A stretch of DNA of 64,000 nucleotides. Origin: an uncultured Methanomicrobiaceae archaeon (lineage in GTDB: Archaea > Halobacteriota > Methanomicrobia > Methanomicrobiales > Methanoculleaceae). Numbering within the stretch: position 1 is the stretch's first letter; each line of letters opens with the position of its first letter. Positions 57,171-64,000 of this stretch are shown here, piece after piece. The notes under the pieces were generated by a model, which worked only from the letters and a program-made list of their open reading frames with translations, was not told the DNA's origin and did no database searches. The stretch spans positions 1,728,001 through 1,792,000 of the forward strand of contig CAWGXH010000004.1 of assembly GCA_963826525.1 (NCBI GenBank), in the 5' to 3' direction. The translations under genes and the position numbers were made by a program.

Positions 57171-58084
57171 CCGCTTCTCTCCTTGATAAGGTCGCGAATC
57201 TTTGAGTTCTCTTTGTCTTCCATGATCAGGCTTCCGATGGTGAACGCATACATGGTATGGGCGACATCGTAGAGTTCTTTTTCAACCTCTTTCTGCGGTT
57301 TATCCGTCAGATCGGAGATCCGCCGCACCATCATATTGTAGATGTCGCGGCACGGTTCGCGGAGAATGTCGAGCGACGGCCCGTTGCACCCGTGGCACGG
57401 CACGTTGTTCTTCGGGCACGCCGCTCCGCATCTCCCGAAGGTCACGCTTCCGAGACAGAGGTATCCCTGGCCGAGCAGACAGTGTTCCCGGTCGGGAATT
57501 CCCTCGTACCGCCGTTTCAGCGACCAGTTCTCGACAGGCCCCATCGTCCTGTCGCACTCTGCGCAGACGGACTTCCTGGAGAGTTCGAGGGTATCACCTG
57601 CTATCAGCGCCGGAATAATCTGCTTTAAGAGTGCTTCTTTCGGCGGGCACCCGGTGATGTAGTAGTCGATCTTCGTCATATCCCCGACGGCGAACGCCCG
57701 GTACAGGAACGCAGGGACATCCTTCGGAATGGTACCGTCCGGGTGCGCCGTCTCCACGCCGCGGTAGACGTAGTCGAAGAGTTCGGCATTGCTGCTGAGC
57801 ATCGAGAGCCCCGAGACGCCGCCGTAACAGGCGCAGGTGCCGAAGGCGACGATCTTCTTTGCCCGCTTTCTGAGGAGATGTAGCCGCTCCTGATTCTCGA
57901 CGTTCCGTATTGCTCCGGTTACGAACGCGATGTCGATGCCTTCCGGGGGCTCCTTGACGTCCATGATCACCGGCGAGTAGACGATATCGGCCTTCTCGAC
58001 AAGGTCGAGGATCAGTTCGTGGAGGTCGAGCACGGCGATCGTGCACCCCGAGCACCCTGCAAGTTCTTCAATGGCTATCTTCAC
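57167..58084 (-). CDS. [NiFe]-hydrogenase small subunit (MvhG-like)
   Basis: GCSGC, GTCACYGG, GCPP, SVCAEC, CLL.QG..CLG, CGAACP and CHGC.GP; no Tat signal. Confidence 0.92.
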   Translation of the reverse strand: MKIAIEELAGCSGCTIAVLDLHELILDLVEKADIVYSPVIMDVKEPPEGIDIAFVTGAIRNVENQERLHLLRKRAKKIVAFGTCACYGGVSGLSMLSSNAELFDYVYRGVETAHPDGTIPKDVPAFLYRAFAVGDMTKIDYYITGCPPKEALLKQIIPALIAGDTLELSRKSVCAECDRTMGPVENWSLKRRYEGIPDREHCLLGQGYLCLGSVTFGRCGAACPKNNVPCHGCNGPSLDILREPCRDIYNMMVRRISDLTDKPQKEVEKELYDVAHTMYAFTIGSLIMEDKENSKIRDLIKERSG

Positions 58085-58093
58085 AGGGTCACC

Positions 58094-58657
58094 TCATTTC
58101 AGAACGAGCTTCTTCAAGCAGGCATTCGGCCCGGTATGGACGATCTCAAGCTTCGCACGCCGCCCCGTTATCTCTTCGATAGCGCCGACGACGTATCCGA
58201 AGAGTGTCTGGCAGAGGGGTCCCCCCTGTTCCAGGCCGTTCCGGCGAAGCGTCTGGCGAACGATGCAGTCGTGGAATACGAGGTAGATGAACGTCTCGCC
58301 GTTCTCTTCGATGATGAAACTCTCTTTATCCTCGGGTTTCCAGACCTCGAAGGTGTACTGCCCGGAGAGGAGGTCAGAGAGCTCGTGGAGCGCCCCTTCG
58401 ACGTCCTCACGCTTCTGGAAGTATTTGGCAGTTTCATGGCCGAACTTCTTTCCGGCCCGGTACGTGACCGCATTTGCCCCCCGGCCTGCGATCTCTTCGA
58501 GTGAACGGATGATGAGCCCGTTCAGTTTCATGACTCCGTGGAGCGTCTGCTCCATCTCCCTCGGTCGCGGTGTGCAGTCGAGAGGGATGTCCTCGGAGAG
58601 GTAGACGATATCGGTGTGGAAACTCTCATGGAGCTCGTCGATATAACTTGCTGTCAT
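58094..58657 (-). CDS. V4R-domain protein
   Basis: YRAGKKFG helix; FHDC..R, GPLC..LFGYVVGAIE.ITG and GPNAC (three Cys typical of V4R). Confidence 0.82.
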   Translation of the reverse strand: MTASYIDELHESFHTDIVYLSEDIPLDCTPRPREMEQTLHGVMKLNGLIIRSLEEIAGRGANAVTYRAGKKFGHETAKYFQKREDVEGALHELSDLLSGQYTFEVWKPEDKESFIIEENGETFIYLVFHDCIVRQTLRRNGLEQGGPLCQTLFGYVVGAIEEITGRRAKLEIVHTGPNACLKKLVLK

Positions 58658-58899
58658 CAGATCACCCGATTCAACATTTCACAGACCCGCATGTCGATGT
58701 AGTGCCTCCGGGCAGGATAGATCCCGCGGTGCTCCAGTGCCTGGGACGGGCAGATCTCGTGGCAGGAGAGGCAGCCCATGCAGTTATTTGGTTTGACGGG
58801 GACACTAATCCCCTCCTGGAGTTCGTAGACGTCCATGGGACAATCCTTGACACAGAGACCACACCCGAGACACGCGTCCTTATCTACACGTATATCCAT
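58657..58899 (-). CDS. 2x[4Fe-4S] ferredoxin
   Basis: CLGCGLCVKDCP and CMGCLSCHEICP; stop overlaps the V4R start (TGATG). Confidence 0.92.
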   Translation of the reverse strand: MDIRVDKDACLGCGLCVKDCPMDVYELQEGISVPVKPNNCMGCLSCHEICPSQALEHRGIYPARRHYIDMRVCEMLNRVI

Positions 58900-58929
58900 C
58901 TCTTGAGCCTCTTGGTAGATTCAATCACT

Positions 58930-58958
58930 GTGATATAAAAATCCTCCGATATTTATAC
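58930..58958 (-). promoter_or_regulatory. Putative TATA box of the ferredoxin-V4R-hydrogenase operon
   Basis: Minus strand TATAAATA and TTTTTATATC elements about 35-55 bp upstream of ATG 58899, within a 243-bp gap. Confidence 0.5.
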
Positions 58959-59142
58959 GTTGTGTTTTCGGTTGTTCAAGGAAAAAAGATTTCTTCCGAT
59001 AATGTCGTTTTTTAAAGTCGGATGATGGGCTACGTTCAATCGGCGGCAGTATATTGTTTTCGCCAGGCCGATTGCGAGTCTTCCGGCCGCACCCGGGAGG
59101 GGCTCATCCGCCCCTGTGCCCTTCACGAGAGAAAATGGTGGA

Positions 59143-59340
59143 TTAGTTGAGTTCTGCAACGTTTCTGGTGGCGGTCATGAGCATCTCAAGATCGTCTTCG
59201 GAGAACGACATCCTTCCCTGCAGATGATCGACCTCGTCCTGCTGCTGCCGGATACAGCGGTACATGACGTATACCATGAAGATCTGGAAGAGTACGATGG
59301 TGCTGAAGGCTACGAGCAGTATGCTCTCAACCGCCATCAT
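59143..59340 (-). CDS. Small single-TM protein with a coiled-coil-like tail
   Basis: Hydrophobic first ~28 aa, then RQQQDEVDHLQGR; ATGA overlap with the minD stop. Confidence 0.65.
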   Translation of the reverse strand: MMAVESILLVAFSTIVLFQIFMVYVMYRCIRQQQDEVDHLQGRMSFSEDDLEMLMTATRNVAELN

Positions 59341-60125
59341 CTCACCCTGAAGAGTGTCCTCGCCAGCCTGTCGACGAATCCCTCCCTCACCGGGCGGTCG
59401 GGTTCGTCGTCCGTGTTCTCGATCCCTGCAATATTTGCAGAAATGCGCCGAAACGCCCGTGATGCATCGGACGAAGGGTACTTGACGACGATGGGGTGAC
59501 GGCCCGCGGATGCACGCCGGACGTTCGGGTCTTCGGGGATGATGCCGATGATCCGTACCCCGAGCAGTTTCTCCATCTGTGCACGATTGAACTCATCGTT
59601 GGTCGTGGTGACGCGATTGAGTATCGCCCCTTCCACATGGCCGCCGACGGTCTCGGTCAGTATCTTGGTCTTCAGCGCGTCGACGATGGAGGAGATCTCC
59701 GGATTGACCACGAGAATCACCCCGTCGGCAACGGTCAGCGGAATGATGCCGTCTCTGCTGATTCCTGCCGGAGCATCGATGAGCATCACATCGAAGTCGC
59801 CGATGAGCTCACTCATGACGTCGCGGAGGCGATCCGGATTGGAGTTCTGGAACCCCTGGAGCGAGAGACCGCTTGGAACGACCTTCACCCCGAGCGGGCC
59901 GTCGTAGATAGCGTCCCGGACGGATGCCTTTCCCCCGAGCACTTCGTGGAGGGTTACCGGGAGATTTTCAAGTCCCAGGATGAGTCCGAGATTTGCCATC
60001 CCGACATCAGCATCCAGAATGCAGGTCTTCTTGCCGTACTTCGCAAGCATCGGGCCGAGGTTTGCCGTAACGGTCGTCTTTCCCGTACCGCCCTTACCGG
60101 ATGCAATTGTATATACATATACCAT
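59337..60125 (-). CDS. minD: MinD/ParA-family ATPase
   Basis: Deviant Walker A KGGTGKTT, DAD..MANL, IDAPAG and IPEDPNVR; C-terminal amphipathic GFVDRLARTLF. Confidence 0.92.
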   Translation of the reverse strand: MVYVYTIASGKGGTGKTTVTANLGPMLAKYGKKTCILDADVGMANLGLILGLENLPVTLHEVLGGKASVRDAIYDGPLGVKVVPSGLSLQGFQNSNPDRLRDVMSELIGDFDVMLIDAPAGISRDGIIPLTVADGVILVVNPEISSIVDALKTKILTETVGGHVEGAILNRVTTTNDEFNRAQMEKLLGVRIIGIIPEDPNVRRASAGRHPIVVKYPSSDASRAFRRISANIAGIENTDDEPDRPVREGFVDRLARTLFRVR

Positions 60126-60157
60126 GGTCGCTCATTCCCCGTTTCTTCTCGGGTAGG

Positions 60158-60740
60158 TCATACCCATCTCCGGAGGGCTTCTCCGACGTCACTTTCAAGC
60201 ACTGGCAGAGCATCGGGAGAGGACCTGCCGTACCGGACGGGCGATACCGATCACCGTTTCTCCCCTGTGGGAAACGCCGATAAGCCTGACATCTTCACCC
60301 GCCGGTCTCTCTCCCTGCTGGTAGAGGTAACTGAACTCTGCCGCCTCTTTTTGCGGGTCGGATCGCGTCGATCCGATGACAAGACCGTCCGCGGTAGCAA
60401 GCGTAAAGGACGTCAGGCTGTACTTCTCTGCGATAGCGGCGAGATGCTCCTGCAGGCTCTCCGCAGCAGTCAGGTCGATATCGGTTCTTACGCTACTCTC
60501 CGGCTCTTCCTCTGCCGGAACCCCTCTGTTCTGCACGGACAGCCGCTCCGGACGCAAGTTCGCGAATCCGGTCCCTACGGTGACCTTTCTGTGGAGGTCC
60601 ACGATCGTAGAGAGGTTCCTGTGAAGATCTACAATGAAGTAGAGGCATCCTGCGCAGGCTATCACCAGGATCACCGTGGTGATTGCGATAAAGGTCATCA
60701 GGAATGTTGTGTATCCCGTTGGATCCATAAATGGCGTCAA
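60158..60740 (-). CDS. Membrane-anchored protein with a roadblock-like C-terminal domain; probable frameshift near 60220
   Basis: N-terminal TM helix; LAAIAEKYSLTSFTLATADGLVIGS..EAA; the shifted frame ends DALPVLESDVGEALRRWV*. Confidence 0.6.
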
Positions 60741-60746
60741 CTCCTT

Positions 60747-61386
60747 CTATGCGTCACCATCCTGAATGAGATGCTCGAGGTTAATTCTCCGGAGCATATC
60801 CTTGCAGCTGACCCTGAACGTACTGTTGAGTTTATCAAGATCCATCTCTTCGATCGTCTGCACGATCGAATTGAGGTCTTCCTGGTGTCCGTCGGCAGGA
60901 GGAGCCCCTGTTCGATCGCCCGTCACCCGACTCGGCCGAACCTGCGGCACTGCTGCCACAGGTCCGGTAATGTTCGGTGGTGCGGGCGGTTTTGCCCCCT
61001 GCCCCGGTATCCGGGAACTCGCTGGTCTCTGGGTCCCGCTCCGGGCCAACGACGCTTTCCCTGGAGCACCTGCCTTTGGCGGTTCGGTGCTGCAGGAGCG
61101 GTTGAACTCCCGTGCGAGATTGATCTGTTCTGGGGTGAGATGGTTCAGCTCTGCCGCTGCCTCGCGCTCTTCGTCTTCCCGCAAACCGTCCAACGCATGC
61201 ATTCCCTTCTTCGCACCGCACTCGGCAAGCAGCACCTGCCCCCTATCGAATACTAATATGGCGCTTTCCTTCCCGAGTGCGATTGTAACAATATCCGGTG
61301 AACTGCGTACTCCCAAGCTCGTCCTTCAGTGAACGAAGGGTGACCGATCTATAAAGGCGGTGAAACATTCCACGCGGCAGCTGCAT
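60747..61386 (-). CDS. DUF2226-like protein; frameshift near 61287
   Basis: Reconstructed start MQLPRGMFHRLYRSVTLRSLKDELGSTQFTGYC joins TIALGKESAILVFDRGQVLLAE..GMHAL if one base is removed; Pro-rich linker and helical C-terminus. Confidence 0.65.
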
Positions 61387-61525
61387 ACGACCACTTCACG
61401 CCACTGATATTTAATATATGCTATATTTATTTGTTTTCTGCCGATACTATCGGGTGTGGGGAATCGTTGCTCCATTCCCCGAGGGTACCCCTCTCTTTTC
61501 GGGTAACGGTTCTCCGAAAATGATT

Positions 61526-61990
61526 TTACTCCGCCATCTCCCGAAGAACGAACGCATACGCGGTCTTTACGCCGTCTTCAACGGCTGGATCGATTGCCGG
61601 TGAATAGTGGTCTACGCTGCCGACCTCTATGCCGATGGTTACTATCTTTGTAGCAAGACCGAGTTCACGTGCAACGGTGACGGCCTCACCGACACCGAGA
61701 TCATGGAGGACGATTGATCCGTGACGCACCGGGGGCGGCTCCCGAAAGATATGCACTTCTCCGATGCGCTCTCCAATCCCGACCATAGCGTCAACGATCA
61801 CGATCTTTTCATAGCCTTCCATGAGGGGGATCAGGCCGAGCCCGCCGGCTCCACCGTCAACTGCATCTATCCCGGGATTCAGCTCCAGGAGGAGGTGCAG
61901 CACCGCAATTCCTGCCCCGTCATTTCCCATGAGCGGGTTTCCGCATGCAATTACTCGTCTCCGGGTGTGTGTCACGCTCTTCCTCACCAC
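61526..61990 (-). CDS. Hydrogenase maturation protease (HycI/HybD family)
   Basis: GNPLMGNDGAG, DGGAGG, IVDAM, LHD and IGIE. Confidence 0.9.
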   Translation of the reverse strand: MVRKSVTHTRRRVIACGNPLMGNDGAGIAVLHLLLELNPGIDAVDGGAGGLGLIPLMEGYEKIVIVDAMVGIGERIGEVHIFREPPPVRHGSIVLHDLGVGEAVTVARELGLATKIVTIGIEVGSVDHYSPAIDPAVEDGVKTAYAFVLREMAE

Positions 61991-62077
61991 CGGTTTTATT
62001 GTGCCAGGTAGAAAAGGGTACGTACAAACCGTTCAGGGTGCAGTCGTTTCGTCCCTGACCGGAGTTGCGTGAACAGC

Positions 62078-62872
62078 ATGATCTACATTGTTCCAAAACC
62101 GACCGATACGCCCACCGACAACTCCACCGGGCAGGTAATCGGTGAACTTGAGAAGGCCGGAGCGGGATATACCCTCCTCGATCTCGACTCCCTCGATCCG
62201 CTCGAGAGCGGTCTTGAGCGCGAACTCATCTGGGCATGCGGCATCAGGCAGAACGGCCATGACTTCGAGACGCTCAACGTACTCGCGCTTGATAACCGTG
62301 TCGTGAATACTCCGGAGAGTATCGTCACCTGCGCCTGCAAGGTGGCAACGACGGCGCTTCTCCTCCGTCGGGGTGTGAATACGCCCCGGACGCTGTTTAC
62401 GCCCTCGGGCGAGAGAGCCCGCTCCTTCATTGAGGAGTGCGGGAAAGTCGTCTACAAGCCTCTCTACGGCTTCGATGGGAACGGTATCAGGCTGATAACC
62501 GACGTCGCCGATCTCGAGGCGCCGCCGTGGTATCTGCAGGAGTACGTCCGGAACGATCGTGATTTCCGGGTCTTTGTCATCGACGGCGAGGCCGTGGGCG
62601 CGATCGAGCGTGTCTCCGACAGCCTGACACACAATATCCATCAGGGAGGGCTCGGAAGGGCTCTTCCGGTCGACGCGGAGATGGCCTCGGTTGCCGAGGC
62701 CGCAGCCCGTGCCGTCGGGATCGATTACTGCGGCGTGGATCTGCTCCTCGACGGCCGGGAGTATACTGTCCTTGAAGTGAACGGAACGCCGAACTGGCAC
62801 TGCATGGCGGCACCGATCCCGAAGCTCCTTGCCGGGTTCCTTATCGAGAAGGAACGGGAGATGAAGTCGTGA
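62078..62872 (+). CDS. RimK-family ATP-grasp alpha-L-glutamate ligase (MptN/CofF-like)
   Basis: VYKPLYGFDG.G, LQEYV, DFRVFV, HNIHQGG, GVDL and EVNGTP. Confidence 0.85.
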   Translation: MIYIVPKPTDTPTDNSTGQVIGELEKAGAGYTLLDLDSLDPLESGLERELIWACGIRQNGHDFETLNVLALDNRVVNTPESIVTCACKVATTALLLRRGVNTPRTLFTPSGERARSFIEECGKVVYKPLYGFDGNGIRLITDVADLEAPPWYLQEYVRNDRDFRVFVIDGEAVGAIERVSDSLTHNIHQGGLGRALPVDAEMASVAEAAARAVGIDYCGVDLLLDGREYTVLEVNGTPNWHCMAAPIPKLLAGFLIEKEREMKS

Positions 62873-62975
62873 GAACAATCTGCCCCTGCGCGCCTGGATT
62901 GGACGGAATCGGGCACAGGAGGGGCATAGGACGCCCTCAGTGAGGGTGTCCGTGCAGAGAGGCTATATCCTGAAA

Positions 62976-63260
62976 TTACTGGAGATATTCGATTTCCTTC
63001 AATGTTTTTTCGGCGAGCTCCCGCATGCGCGCCGAGATCCTGCCCGATGACGAAAACTCGACATCTTTCATTGCGTTTGCAAGTTCGGTTCCAAGGACGA
63101 AGATCGCGTATTTGTGCTCCATTTTACTTTTATGAACCTGCGTCGGATCGATCTTCAGGGAGTAATACTGCGAGAATTTTAATTCAGGGTTCATCATCTC
63201 AAAAAAGTCTTTTATCTCGGTAAGCATCCCATGTAGCGTTATAAGCTCTTCCTTGTGCAT
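62976..63260 (-). CDS. UPF0058 family protein
   Basis: MHKEELI.LH and P..VHKSK.EHK.AIF.L. Confidence 0.88.
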   Translation of the reverse strand: MHKEELITLHGMLTEIKDFFEMMNPELKFSQYYSLKIDPTQVHKSKMEHKYAIFVLGTELANAMKDVEFSSSGRISARMRELAEKTLKEIEYLQ

Positions 63261-63322
63261 ATTCTCTCCCTGAAATAAAAATTGTAAATATAAACATATA
63301 TAAATTTGCACGCCAAAATCCG

Positions 63323-64000
63323 CTACCCCATCTTTATAAGCCTGATGGAAGCGGGCCGCTTGACGATTCCCTTGAAGTCACGGGCGGCGACATACTCAAG
63401 GTTCTTCCCGCCAAGGCGGTCGAGGAGTCTCTGATCAACTACACGGTCGACGACGAGCCCCTCCACCTTTCCATTCAGGCTCAGAAGGGCACCCTCCAGA
63501 TCTGCGGCATCCGATTCTGCAAGAACGGCGGAGTCGGGGGAGAGGAATCGGGCGAGATTGCGATCTTTCACGTTCGCGATGTGGTCGCCGAGCGTTAGCG
63601 GGACTCCCGATTGCAGGGGCTGCGGGTCTTCCCGCGCCGTCTGTTGCTCCGGGGGATGTGCATCGGCAGTCTTTTCGTCGGTCGGTAACTTCGCCTCCGT
63701 CGGGATTGCTCTTCCCGGCTGCTCCTGTTCTTCCCTCCCTGTGTATTCCGCGGTAAACTCGACCGGCACTTTGTTCCGGAGCGCCTTGACGATCTCCTTT
63801 CTGGTCATTCCTTCGACGCTCTTGCCGCGCTGACAGTACGACACGAAATCGATATCGGCGACCTGCAAGAGTTCACGCAGGATCAGCTCGCCGCCGCGGT
63901 CGCCGTCGAGGAACGTCGTTGCCGTCTTTCGGGAGCAGAGGTCGATGATGATATCCGGAACGTTGGTGCCCTCGACGGCCACAGCGTTCTTTATGCCGTA
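63323..64000 (-). CDS. dnaG: Archaeal DnaG (TOPRIM), C-terminal part; 5' end outside the window
   Basis: AVEGT, FLDGDRGGELILREL and VE.MT.KEI.KALRNK. Confidence 0.92.
   Translation of the reverse strand, partial: YGIKNAVAVEGTNVPDIIIDLCSRKTATTFLDGDRGGELILRELLQVADIDFVSYCQRGKSVEGMTRKEIVKALRNKVPVEFTAEYTGREEQEQPGRAIPTEAKLPTDEKTADAHPPEQQTAREDPQPLQSGVPLTLGDHIANVKDRNLARFLSPDSAVLAESDAADLEGALLSLNGKVEGLVVDRVVDQRLLDRLGGKNLEYVAARDFKGIVKRPASIRLIKMG

Noticed and set aside
59496-61256. 586-aa plus-strand ORF and other long antisense ORFs (e.g. 11044..12363, 36643..37938, 45069..46256)
   Set aside because: Antisense to well-supported genes, with no motifs; expected in high-GC coding DNA.
1-64000. CRISPR array, IS/transposase, integrase or provirus, rRNA
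   Set aside because: No regularly spaced repeats, transposase/integrase motifs or rRNA sequence were seen, and no duplicated tRNA-Gly 3' end (att site) was noticed by eye.

Overview
GC-rich archaeal chromosomal segment from a hydrogenotrophic methanogen, most likely Methanomicrobiales (Methanoculleus-like). This is inferred from gene content: methanogenesis marker 14, CarS/Tes lipid genes, archaeal DnaG, an Ota betaine transporter and an archaeal tRNA-Gly. 1-20 kb is an accessory cell-surface and redox region: three tandem paralogous exported proteins, an S8 protease with PKD domains, a ~1290-aa Cys-rich beta-helix surface protein, a fasciclin/I42-inhibitor pseudogene, a peptide-deformylase-fold protein and a thioredoxin-NHL protein. 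20-54 kb is mostly housekeeping: tRNA-Gly, Trk, sirC-hemABLC-cobA, ilvD, beta-carbonic anhydrase, carAB, otaABC, argG/argF, purD, pyrE, carS/tes, ald. The most interesting locus is 54.7-62 kb. There, an MvhAG-like [NiFe]-hydrogenase and its maturation protease have no MvhD/Hdr/FrhB partner gene nearby. Instead they sit among signalling and positioning genes: a V4R protein, a 2x[4Fe-4S] ferredoxin, three roadblock/LC7-like domains (one membrane-anchored), two DUF2226-like domains, a MinD ATPase and a small membrane protein. This suggests a candidate H2/redox-sensing and spatial-signalling module (inference). At least 12 genes, including purD and tes, carry single-base frameshifts, most consistent with assembly indel errors. 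All family assignments come from motif recognition by eye; no database searches were run.
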